From the NCBI GenBank assembly GCA_965240325.2, contig OZ251236.1, positions 806,001-870,000 of the forward strand: 64,000 bases of DNA. Direction: 5' to 3'. The DNA is from Rebecca billardiae RCC1528 (lineage: Eukaryota > Protista > Haptophyta). This document shows positions 37,401-47,490 of the stretch, piece after piece. Under the pieces are notes generated by a model, which had not been told where the DNA came from, did no database searches, and worked only from the letters and a program-made list of their open reading frames with translations. The translations under genes were made by a program, and so were the position numbers. Positions within the stretch are counted from its first letter, which is position 1. The number at the start of each line of letters is the position of its first letter.

Positions 37401-38122
37401 GCCTCGAGCGCGGGGAGCGCGATCGCCGACGCGGTGACGAGGAGCACCGGCTGTGTTGAGGCGTGGCCCCGGGCGCGCACGATGGCATCGAGTACCTCAG
37501 GCAGCGTGTCGTCGAACGACTTCTTGCCGCAGAGCTCTGCCGCAGTGGGCGCGCCAGGCCGAGGGATGATCTCGCGCGAGTCGGAGGAGCACAGCCACTC
37601 GCGCTCAAGGAGCAACGTGCCCTTGGCGTCGGTCATCGACACAGACACGCCGGTCACGCGCGCCTCGAGTGGCCGCGAATGGTCGGTCAGGTCCACCTCG
37701 ACGGACGCGAAAGCAGCCCCTTGCACGAGCCTCTCCGACTCGTGCAACAGGTGCTGCCGCTGCTGCTTCTTGTCGCCGGTGCTCTGCGTCGGCGGCGGCG
37801 GTGGCGGAGGCTGGCCAGGGCCGGTGGCGCTGTCCAAAGGTACGGCGTCCTCCTCCTCCTCCTCCTCCTCCTCCTCCATGGGCCCGCCGCCGTCGTTGGG
37901 GTCGTCGCCTTCCGACGCGCCGCTCAGGTCCGCGCTCGACACGTCGTTGGTGTTGCCACCGTCGAGAGAACTCGTCTCGTCGTCGTCACCGCGCTGGTAC
38001 ACGTCGTCGGGGTCATGGCGCTTCGGAAGCTCGTTCAGGAGGGGGACACGCGCCGCGCCGCGCCGGAGCGCCGCGTCGCCCTCGCTCTGGCGACGGCCAC
38101 GTCCCGACGCCTTTGGCGCCAT
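34422..38122 (-). CDS. piggyBac-family (PGBD/DDE_Tnp_1_7-like) transposase, 4 exons, ~1112 aa, with N-terminal degenerate DEDD-exonuclease-like domain and C-terminal Cys-rich domain
   Basis: Exons 38122-36515, 36368-36133, 36037-34938, 34816-34422 join in frame (the last acceptor could be 12 nt further). Motifs: FLFYFSDDILQSICDATN, ALDEAM, YLPRKPIKWGIK, FADSWF, WRD, MGPVDRFD, RRW. C-terminal CVQC...CAGCKKHLCSMCH..H. Confidence 0.9.
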
Positions 38123-38244
38123 TTCGGATAACGTCCACGGTCCGGGCGCGCCCGGAGTTCTGATCGATTGGAGGGTAACCCCGCGCGGAGCGGTGGCACG
38201 CCCTCGAGTCGACCGTCGACGACGCCCTCGTCGTCCGCGACACA

Positions 38245-39801
38245 ATGCCGAAGCGCGCGGGAGAGGAGGCTGCGTGTGTCGTCTGCTTCACCGAAGCTGG
38301 CCTCGGCCCGCATCGCTGCGGACTGTGCACGGAAGGCGCTTGGCACGTGTGCCAGAGCTGCGAAGCGAAGCTTGCAAAGCGACGGCGCTGCCCGGTGTGC
38401 CGTTCCGACTACGCGCGCGAGCCGGCAGCGTGGGAGGCCCTCCCACGCGATTCGAAGACCCTCGTGATCAATACGCAGCCCTCGCAGCAGGAGCTCGCGC
38501 AGATCGCCGCGGAGTTCCCGCAGCTCGAGAACCTCACAATCGAGGACGAGGAGCGATTTGATCGGCACGGCGCGGACGAGGACGTGGATCTTGCGCTCGA
38601 CTTCGCACCGGACGGCGTCGCATTCCCGGCCCTTCGGGAGCTCACGCTCAGCGCCGTCAGCGTCAGGGCACTGCGGCTCACCGAGTCGACGTGCCCCAAC
38701 CTCCGCTCGCTCTCGCTGAGCACGCTCGAAGGCGCGGTCGAGGTGTTTGACATTGCGCTGCCGCAGCTCGAGCACTTCGAGGCCGAGCACGTGATGATGG
38801 CCGGGCGCAAGCTGGGCGAGTTCGGGCTGTTCCTGTCGCGCTGCCCACGGCTCGAGACGGTGACGAGCTACAAGCTGCGCGGGCTCGGCCAGCAGAACTT
38901 TGCGGTCACGCCGCGGCTGCGCACGCTCGTGCTCCACCGCGCGGAGGGCCTGGAGCAGCTGCACCTCGTGCACGCGCCTGTGCTCACGGAGCTCTCGGTG
39001 CAAGCGGCGTACTCGCTGGACGACCTGCGGGTGGACCATGTGCCCGAGATGACCGCCGGCAACGTCGAGGAGCTCGTGACGGGCCTCGAGGCCGCGCTCC
39101 TAGAGGCGCAGGCTGTCGCGCACAGCGAGGAGGAGGTGTGGCGCTCCGGCCGCAAAGGCACTCGAGAGGCGCGCAAGCTGCGCTGGGTCGAGCGTGACGA
39201 GGAGCTCGATCTCGAGGACGAGTTCCACCAAGAGATGCTGTGCGAGCACCTGCACACTCTGTGCGCCGCCGAGTTCGCCAAGCGCCGGCAGGCACTGCTC
39301 AGGGACCACTCCATCGCCGTGCCCAGCGATCACCCGCCGAGCCTGCCCGAGTGTCACGTCAACCTTGCCAACGCGAGTCTCTCGAGCACGAGTGTGCAGC
39401 GCCTTCGGCGGTGCCCACGCTTCCGGCCGACGCTTCCGTCTGGCGTCGAGGCCGGTCAGATGGGCTTTGCGTCCTTCGTGCATCCCAACGCTGCCCTTGG
39501 CATGCACATGGACGATGAGGACGATGAGGATGACGAGGAGGACGAGGACTGGCACGGGCATGGTGGTACGGACAGCGACTGCGATTCCAGCGAGGAGGAC
39601 AGTGGCGAAGAGGACGAGGGGGTGGATGGAGAAGACAGCGACAGCGAGGACGATGAGGACGACGAGGGCGAAGAGGGCGAGGGCGAGGGCGAGGAGGGTG
39701 ACGACGACGAACCAGGAGCAGATGATCCTTTCGGCGAGCGCAAGTTGCAGCGCGAGAGAGAGACTTCTGGTGGCGGCGGCCTGACTTGCATCGTGTCTTG
39801 A
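38245..39801 (+). CDS. RING-like zinc finger + leucine-rich repeats + acidic C-terminal tail (putative E3 ligase), 518 aa
   Basis: N-terminal CVVC-x10-CGLC-x5-HVCQSC-x9-CPVCR; repeated PxLxxLxL units (FPQLENLTI, FPALRELTL, CPNLRSLSL, LPQLEHFEA, CPRLETV, PRLRTLVL); D/E-rich tail at ~39510-39720. Confidence 0.75.
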   Translation: MPKRAGEEAACVVCFTEAGLGPHRCGLCTEGAWHVCQSCEAKLAKRRRCPVCRSDYAREPAAWEALPRDSKTLVINTQPSQQELAQIAAEFPQLENLTIEDEERFDRHGADEDVDLALDFAPDGVAFPALRELTLSAVSVRALRLTESTCPNLRSLSLSTLEGAVEVFDIALPQLEHFEAEHVMMAGRKLGEFGLFLSRCPRLETVTSYKLRGLGQQNFAVTPRLRTLVLHRAEGLEQLHLVHAPVLTELSVQAAYSLDDLRVDHVPEMTAGNVEELVTGLEAALLEAQAVAHSEEEVWRSGRKGTREARKLRWVERDEELDLEDEFHQEMLCEHLHTLCAAEFAKRRQALLRDHSIAVPSDHPPSLPECHVNLANASLSSTSVQRLRRCPRFRPTLPSGVEAGQMGFASFVHPNAALGMHMDDEDDEDDEEDEDWHGHGGTDSDCDSSEEDSGEEDEGVDGEDSDSEDDEDDEGEEGEGEGEEGDDDEPGADDPFGERKLQRERETSGGGGLTCIVS

Positions 39802-40533
39802 CTTATTTGCTGATATGCATGCGCCTGTCAATGGGTCGTAACTCAGAGTGAGACGGTGCCGCACGACGCCGAACGGCTCATCACTGCGACTCAGACGACG
39901 TTCACGCGCCGTATATAGTAGCGGTAGTGATGCTCTGCGTCATTATTTATTTATTATATTATATATATATCATTAATCATTATGCCGCGTCACGTCTAGC
40001 TAGTCAGTGAGTCACGAGTCCGACGACGGTCGGCTCATCCGAGTCTTAGAACGGCGCCCGTACTGACTACTGTCTATACTGAGGCGGCGTAGAGTGACTA
40101 ACTAGTCGTGAGACAGAGTAGTGGAGTCACGGGCCTCGTGAATTCGTCGTGATATAACGGCGCGGGCGCGCGTCCGCCGGCCTGCCGCTGCCCGCCGCCG
40201 GTCGAGTCGGCCCGCCGCGGCGGCTGGCGGCCTCGCCGCGGGCGCCGGGCCCGGCCGGCCCGGGGCCGCCCCACGCCGACGGGCCCGACGGCGACGGCCG
40301 ACCGCGGGCGACGGGCTGAAACAATATATTCATCATCATATTATTTCCGACTCCGCCGAGTAATATAATATTCATATCGTCAATAAATTACATGCATATA
40401 TATTAACGACGTGGTATGCAACGGGCAGGCGTCAGAGTCAGCAAGCTGTAGCAGCAGATCGAGCAGCAGAGACAAACACCAGGATCAGCGCTCCTCGCCG
40501 TCGTCCCCCCCCCCTCATAGTCGCCCATCACTC

Positions 40534-40557
40534 AATAATAATAATAATAATAATAAT
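40534..40557. repeat. (AAT)8 microsatellite
   Basis: Directly visible. Confidence 0.95.
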
Positions 40558-40775
40558 GACCGCGTTCCGCGGTCCTTTTCCGTAGAACGAACGTAGTTCG
40601 GGGCCCGCGGTGGCGGTGCACCCTCCGTCGCAGTCGTCTATTGACAGACCAGCCAGTTGCATGCCCGTACAACTAGACTCCAGCGGCGCGCCGCTGCGCC
40701 CCGGCGCCGGCGCCGCGGGCGCGGGCCCATCGCAGCCGCCGGCGCGGCGCCCGGATTGTGTACAGGCGGATGCGA

Positions 40776-41069
40776 CGAGGCGTGATCGACGAATGAGCGC
40801 GACTCCACGTGCACGCCAGGCCACGTGGAGCTGACAGCCAGGGAACACTGTGCGGGGCCGCGGATTCGTTCGGGCCGCTGCTGCTGACCGCGCTGTCTGT
40901 CGTCACACCGCGCCGCGGCAGCGCCAGGAGTAGTCAGTAGATGATTTGCACTGGTCCGAGTAGGGTTCGACCAGCGCCTGCGCGACGGCCGACAGGCGGG
41001 CGCGAGGCGTGATCGACGCATGAGCGCAACTCTATCTACGCGGAGCTGACAGCCAGAGGGAGCACTGTG
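40776..41069. repeat. Imperfect direct repeat pair (~70 bp)
   Basis: CGAGGCGTGATCGACG..TGAGCGC.ACTC...GGAGCTGACAGCCAG...CACTGTG at 40776-40852 and 41003-41069. Confidence 0.85.
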
Positions 41070-41132
41070 TGTGCCGAGGTGCGAGGGCACCGGTGATCGT
41101 TATTTCGCGCGCCGCGCGTGCACTGCACGGGG

Positions 41133-41648
41133 TCACGGGGTGACACACCTCGGTCGGGCTCGGCACGCGTCGCAGAGGCACGGCCAGCTCTGGGGACGTC
41201 GCGCACCACCGTCGCCCGCGCCGCAGCTCGTCCTCCTAGGTCCGCCCGTCCAGCGCTGCAGACAGACTCGCCGGCGCGGGCCGAGAGTGAGTGCCGCAAA
41301 GCGGCTGCCAGCTGTTGGGCCGGGTGAGGAGGAGGGAGGGAGCTGGCCTGCGGGGCGCGTGGTGAAGTCGGTGATCAGTCGCGTCGCGCTCCCCCTGGCG
41401 ATTGCGCCCTCGTCCTCCAGCACGGTGCGGACCTTGCGAACGAAGTTGTAGATCGACCATTTGGGCACGTTGTACTTCACGGCCGCAGAGGGCACGTCCT
41501 GCTCGTGCCTCACGACTGAGATGGCAGCAGCGATGCTCTGGAGCGTGCTCTTAGCCACCTTCTTCACTGCCCCGGATTCGAGCAGCACGTTCAATACGCG
41601 GCGAGCGCGGTCCTCGTCGGCGTCGCCAGCTGACGTGCTCGGCATCAT
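41133..41648 (-). pseudogene. Short ORF with a pipsqueak/CENP-B-type HTH (transposase N-terminus fragment or stand-alone DNA-binding protein)
   Basis: LQSIAAAISVVRHEQDVPSAAVKYNVPKWSIYNFVRK fits the HTH_psq pattern (A..AV....S...AA..Y.VP..T/SL). No DDE domain follows. Confidence 0.5.
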
Positions 41649-41807
41649 GTCCACGTGAGCGCAAAAGTGGCCTCGAGCCTGCTCCTGGCTCGCCAGAGGG
41701 CAAAAGGCCAATAGCTACTCCCAATTCCCGAAGGCTGATGATGAATACGCACACGTGCGCCTGATGAATATCGATGATATTCTGCTCGACCCCGCCTAGC
41801 AGTCCAT

Positions 41808-41972
41808 GAACCATATACATTATAATGTATGAAAACGAAGCGGTGCAAATGATGTTCTCCAGTATAGTGGATACGACCCCGACGAAGCGATTTTATGCCT
41901 GCGTGAACCATACATATGAATACGAAGCGCGGTGCAAATGTTCTCCAGTAGTGAATACGACCCCGACGAAGC
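41808..41972. repeat. Imperfect tandem direct repeat (~70-80 bp)
   Basis: GAACCATA...ATGAA.ACGAAGCG.GTGCAAATG.TTCTCCAGTA.GTG.ATACGACCCCGACGAAGC at ~41808-41888 and ~41905-41972. Confidence 0.85.
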
Positions 41973-42310
41973 CAATATATATCGGTTGGTTACTTCGCTG
42001 ATCCCGTAAGGACGTGCAAAAATAGCCTCAAAGAAGCTGACGCTTGTATTGGACTTGTAACCGTCCTACTTCACACAGAAGTGAACTCTCACGCCCGGCC
42101 GTCCACGATTGATTAGGGGAATGTCGTGGACGCGGTTTTTTTCTCCGTGATGCATCTGTAGAGAGGGTCTCAAAATTCGAAACTCGGTCTCCGCCAGCCC
42201 TAAAAATCGGCCCCCGCGTCCCTTTTTCTTGATCAAAGATCTTTTTGAAACGTGGTTCCGGCCCGCTGGTGCGGGCTCCACGCTGCGCGCTCCGCCCTGC
42301 ACCGCGGGCC

Positions 42311-42334
42311 ATAATAATAATAATAATAATAATA
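42311..42334. repeat. (ATA)8 microsatellite
   Basis: Directly visible. Confidence 0.95.
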
Positions 42335-43309
42335 CACAGTGCCGGAAAACTGCTCAGGGTGACGTTTTAAGTTGTCCGCACCACTAGTCGAATCATCGGA
42401 CAATTCTGAAGCGGTGCGCCTAAATTCGGCGCACCATAGGCGCGTCGAATCGTGGCACAGACCTTGGTAGCAGGCCACACCTGAGCGCGCTGCGCGCGCC
42501 GACGCGCGCTCGGCGCGGGCAAAAAATCATGCGCCGTTGGCATTACGCAGCCCCGCGCAGCGCTGTGCTCGAGCTCGGCGGCGGCGAAAGCGGGCGGGCG
42601 CACACGGCGGTGCCCGTGCGCGCTGCTCCGAGCGCAGCTGCGGCCACCCCGGCGGCATACCGCCGGTCGAGGGCACGAAAACCGATTTTTCGGGAAAATG
42701 CAGAGCAGCGGCGCCCGAGCGCGCCCGAGCTCGTCGCAGCACAGTCTCCTGGTGGCTGCGCCCCGTGAAGCCACGCCACGCGGGGCGCTGGCGTGCGCGT
42801 GGCCTGCGCCCACCGTGCGCTGCCCGATCATGGCCGTCGACCGCTCCGAGCGCCTCACCACGCGTGCTCGAGCCCACCGATACTGACGCCCGAGCACGGT
42901 GCCGGCAGCGCTCGCAGGTGGGCGTCGGAGAAAACACGCCGGCCGAACGAGCTTGAAGCGTCCGCCGCGATGCCAACGGCAGCGGACGACGTGCGCGCCA
43001 CCTCGGCGCCAGTCGCCCAGCCCTTGCGCGGCGGTGCGGGCTCGCTCGTTCGCCGCCATCAGCTGCGCGCGCGCAGCCCGATCACTGCCCGCTGGTTCTG
43101 TTGTCGAGCAGCTGCGGCCTGCCACGCGCACTGCCGGACATTGAGCCACAGCGCGAGCACGCGCCTCGTCTGGCACGCGCGAGCACTCAGCATCGTGCGT
43201 GGCCACCATGACGCGCCCATCTGCGCCAGCAGCGATGAGCACGCCGCCGTTCAGCTCGCATCGGGCTCGCTCGCGACGCAGCAACGCGCGGCCGTAGCGG
43301 CAGCAGCGG

Positions 43310-44040
43310 CGCCGTCGAGCACGCGCAGCAAACAAATATGCAGCGCGGGCGAGTCGACGGTCTGGAAAATGCGCGATCACGCCACAGCAGGCTGGCAGAG
43401 CCCGCCCGAGCTGCAGCATGCCGTAGGTGCTGCCCCAAGCTCTCGACTGCCCGTAAGCGGCGGCATGTGCGGCGGCGCCGGCGGCGGCCATGCTGCCACG
43501 CCGTTGTGCGCCGCGGGGCGCCGTCGGCACCTCTGTGGTGAAGCGCACAGAGCTCGAGCCCACGGGGGCTGGCGACCGTCAAACCGACACCCCATGACGC
43601 GGGGCTGCGTGCGCCAGCTGCGCGCACTCCGTGGGCCCACCTAGCCCGCTCGAGCAGCTCGCCTTGGGTGCGCGCAGCGGCTCGAGCACACTGGTATGGG
43701 ACGCCTGCCTGCGGTGCCGCCGAGCACATGCGGCCGACGGTCACTCAGCACGGGCGACTCGACGGCGGCGAGCAGGCGCGACGGCCTCGCCGCGCCGCGG
43801 AAAAGCCTGCCCGGGCTGCAGCACGCCGTAGGAGCAGCCCAGCGCCCTCCTCCGCCCTCCAGCTTCGGCGCGCGCAGCAGGCCCGGCGGCGGCCATGCTG
43901 GCGTGCCCAAGCATGAAGATGGGCGCGGCCGGCCGCGCCGTCGCAAAGCGCGCAGAACTCGAGCTCGGGGGGGCGGACGGCCGCCAAACTGGCGCGGCAG
44001 GACGTGGCACTGCGTGCGCCAGCTACGCGCACCCGCTGCG
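43310..44040. repeat. Diverged tandem duplication, ~404-bp period
   Basis: Matching blocks about 404-405 nt apart: 43341/43746 (CAGC.CGGGCGA.TCGACGG), ~43406/43811 (CCG.GCTGCAGCA.GCCGTAGG), ~43480/43885 (GGCGGCGGCCATGCTG), 43605/44010 (CTGCGTGCGCCAGCT.CGCGCAC). Confidence 0.8.
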
Positions 44041-45521
44041 CCCGCGTGGCCCGTGCGAGCGCCGCGCCTCGAGCACACGCAGCTGCTCGACACAGGCCAC
44101 GGCAGTGTGGCTTGTGCGCGTGCACGTGATCAGTCTCAGCTCTGAGGCGCGCGCTCAGGAGGGCTGCGGCCGGGCCGAGCGCGATCTGCGCGGACGGTAC
44201 AGCCTGGCGGCTCATGCCAGCCAGCCCAAAGCCCGCTCCGCCATCCGCGTCATGGCGCTCCAGCCTCTCGCGTGCTGCGCTGCAGCCGCGCTCGGCAAAG
44301 ACGTCGCCCAGCCCGCCTTGCACGCGGCTGAGCAGTGGCAGCCAGGCGAAGCGTCGTCGCGGGCGAGGCTGCGCTGGGTGATGCGGCTCGGGTCGGTGGG
44401 CAAGTCGCACCCCGCCGTCGGTCGCCTCCACGCCTCAGGCTCGCTCGAGGTCAAAGACAACTGCGCGGCGCGGCGTTTGCGCGGGCGGGCCGCGGGCGTG
44501 GCGGGGTGTACGCGTGCAATGTCACAGCCTCCCACACAATTTCAGGAGGGTGAGACGCACCGCCAGCGGCACCCGCACACAATCCCACCCTGCGCGAGCC
44601 ACCTGCCGTGTCGACTGAAGCATCAGGCTCGGGCGCAACCGCGGGCGGTGCATGCAAGAAGCTCGCGAAACGCACCGCGCGCGCCGTGAGGGCGAAAGGA
44701 GAGCACCCGTCAGGGCGGCGAGGAACTTGCCCAGCGCCACGCGGAAGACGACCCCAGCCCGCGTCGACGCATAGTCGGGCCCGCGAGCAGCCTCGTCGGT
44801 CTTCGCCGAGTAGATCGCGCCGCGAGCCGAGGCACCGCTCGTTTGAGGCTCCGTCCGCCGCGAAGTCGCGGCTTCCACCCGAGTTCCACTGTCCGGCCGA
44901 GACCGGATTCGCTGACTCGAGCTGCGGACCGTCCGAAGCGTCACGGAAAATTCCAATCCTGCACCAGTTGTGTAATAATAAATGACGCCGATCCTTAGGA
45001 AGTCCGACCGTGCCTGGCCGTGTCCCGGCTGACGATTCAATATATCGGATGGCGGCGGCGGCGGGCACTATGTAGTAGTATATACATGCTGTATACTATG
45101 CCGGCAATCGACGATGACGCGTCGATCATAATCGCCGTCAAAGTGTAACGTCTCAGGCTGACTGGCGGTGCCCCTGGCACTGGCACTGCACCCGCGCGGC
45201 GGCATGGCGCTGGCGCTGCGCGCCGGGCCCGACTCGGGGACGGCAGGCCAGCCACCAGCTAGCCAAACGCTTTGGACCGCCGCGCCCGTCAACGCGCGTT
45301 GTAGGCAGCCCGAGCTCTGAGGATGCCAATGAGAGTCCAATGCTCGCTTCGCGCCGGCAGCAAGGCCGGGCTTGCGACAGCACGATTCGCAGAAGCGCCC
45401 TGAAATCACAGGCCGCCTCGGCCTCAGCTCCCGCCGGCAACATGGAGTGGGCAAGGCGTTGGCGGCGAGCTGGATGCGCACGTTCCGCGCGCGCTTCGAG
45501 CAAGTGGCGGCGTGAGCCCGC

Positions 45522-46106
45522 TCACTTGTCGAGCACGCGGAGCATGACACCGAGCTTGCTGCCAACACCCTGCCTATTCAGGTGGGTGGGCGCTGCCGTC
45601 GGCGCGTTCTTGGGCCGGTCCTTGGTGAGGCGGTGCCTGTTGGACAGGCTGCCCAGGGTCTCCGGGTACGCGCTGGTGCGCGAGCGTGCCGTGTCCCGGC
45701 AGTAATAGGCGATGTCGTATTTCCGCACCTCCGCCATGCTCGGCACCACCGCCGGCTTCTGGCTCCCGGGCGCGACGCCGCGATACGAGGAGTAGATGGC
45801 CTGCGCACGCGCACGGCGCGGCCGCGCGCCACGGGAGGCATCATCAGCGGCGCGCTCGCGCCAGCCGCTGGGATGCGACGCGTGGATCGACTGCGGCGGC
45901 GGGCACGCACGTTCGCCGGGATGTGCTCAGGGTTCCAGTGGCTCAGCAGCCGGATCGACCTGTGCGCCGCGCGGAACTGCGAGATGATCTGCGCGCGCGC
46001 CGGGCGCGCGCGCGCGGGAGGACCTCGCCAGCATGGGTGAGCGCGCGGGAGCCAAGGGCTGCATCGCACTCGCGCCCCTCCGCACCTCGGAGACGATGCC
46101 CGCCAT
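45522..46106 (-). CDS. NDUFA7: Mitochondrial complex I accessory subunit NDUFA7/B14.5a-like, 3 exons, 125 aa
   Basis: Exons 46106-46086, 45988-45911, 45800-45522 with phase-0 GT-AG introns. Product MAGIVSE-IISQFR...[25 protein letters not shown]...[15 protein letters not shown] resembles the plant/protist B14.5a motif YR..P.....VP......Y.I.Y..RD.RR. Confidence 0.7.
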
Positions 46107-46295
46107 CCCGGCACGCGCCACGAAGTTGCCTGCTCACACGCCGCCCGGCGGCCAAGGCGAACCACCCCACCTCGGCTCCTCGATTTTCCGGACTCTCCAA
46201 GCGACTCCGGCTGCAGTCGACTCGACGGACCGGCTGCCCAGCGAGCGGCCGCTGCGCGGCCAGGCGATCGACGCGTGGTATCCCGCTCGGGCGAA

Positions 46296-47490
46296 ATGGC
46301 GGCGCCCAACAGCTGGTGCACGATCGAGAGCGATCCGGGCGTGTTCACCGAGCTGATCCAGGAGATGGGCGTCAACGGTGTGCAGGTCGAGGAGCTGTAC
46401 AGCCTGGACAAGGAGGCCATGGATGAGTTTGCGCCGGTGTACGGTCTGATCTTCCTCTTCAAGTGGCGCGCGAACGAGCGCGACGACCGGCCTGTGGAGA
46501 AGGAGCCCGCGGAGGACGTCTTCTTCGCGAGCCAGGTGATCAACAACGCGTGCGCCACGCAGGCCATCCTCTCCATCCTGATGAATCGGCCCGAGCTCTC
46601 GATCGGCAACGAGCTGACCAATTTCAAGACATTCACAAAAGAGTTCCCTGCGCAGCTGAAGGGCCTCGCGATCTCGAACAGCGACCTGATCCGCAAGGCG
46701 CACAACTCGTTCGCGCGGTGAGCGCGCCCGCGCCGCGCACACGCGCGCGCGCCCGCCGCTGGCTGACGCGCCGGTGCTCGGCTGCGCATTCGCGAGCGCG
46801 CGCGCTTGCGCTTGCTGCGCGCGCAGGCAGGAGCCCTTCGTGATGGAGGGCCGCGCCGCGGAGAAGGACGACGACCTGTACCACTTCATCTCGTACGTGC
46901 CGATCGGTGGCAAGCTGTACGAGCTCGACGGGCTGAAGGAGGGCCCGATCTGCCTCGGCGAGTGCGACAGCGCCACGTGGCTTGACGTCGCGAGGCCGGA
47001 GATCCAGAAGCGCATCGAGCAGTACTCGACCAAGGAGATCCGCTTCAACCTGATGGCGATCATCCGCAACCGCGCCGAGGCGATGCGCGAGGAGGGCGCG
47101 GCGCTGGAGCGCGAGAAGGAGCGCGCGATCGGGCTGCTGCAGTCGCGCGGCGCGGGGCTGCCCTCCGCGGATGAGCTCGAGCTGATGCTCGAGCAGGCGC
47201 GCGCGGCGGGCACCGCGGACGTCGGCCCTGTCGAGCCGGGGGCGGAGATGAGCGTGACGCCCGAGCACCTGCGGCTGCTCCTCGCCGTGACCGACGAGAA
47301 GCTCGCGCACAACCGCCGCCGGCTGCGCGCGGAGGAGGACAAGTTCGCGCAGTGGAAGATCGAGAACGTGCGCCGCAAGCACAACTACGTGCCCTTCATC
47401 CTCAACTTCCTCAAAATCCTCGCGCAGAAGGGCGAGCTCGCGCCCCTCGTCGAGAAGGCGAGGGCGAAGGCGGGGCGCAGCAGCAGCTGA
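46296..47490 (+). CDS. UCHL5: Ubiquitin C-terminal hydrolase UCH37/UCHL5, 2 exons, 361 aa
   Basis: [15 protein letters not shown]; [11 protein letters not shown] (catalytic Cys); YHFISY (His); LYELDGL (Asp); EIRFNLMA; C-terminal [13 protein letters not shown]. Intron 46718-46826. Confidence 0.96.

Larger units (their letters stand above)
40602..42310. mobile_element. Putative non-autonomous DNA-transposon remnant carrying an HTH ORF
   Basis: 11-bp inverted repeats GGCCCGCGGTG (40602-40612) and CACCGCGGGCC (42300-42310); (TAA)n tracts near both ends; internal direct repeats; HTH-psq-like ORF. No clean target-site duplication seen. Confidence 0.35.

Noticed and set aside
34321-40000. CTAGGACGTG / CACGTCTAG as non-canonical piggyBac termini
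   Set aside because: Imperfect ~9-bp match that does not extend inward; compatible with chance.
40776-41972. Direct repeats as a CRISPR-like array
   Set aside because: Only two imperfect copies of each, no regular spacers, no cas genes, eukaryotic context.
42335-42365. CACAGTG heptamer suggesting a Transib/RAG RSS-like end
   Set aside because: No nonamer at 12 or 23 spacing, no matching inverted CACTGTG downstream end, and no Transib transposase.
42367-45068. ORFs in the 42.4-45 kb block
   Set aside because: No recognisable motifs or consistent splice structure; the region behaves like decayed repeat DNA.
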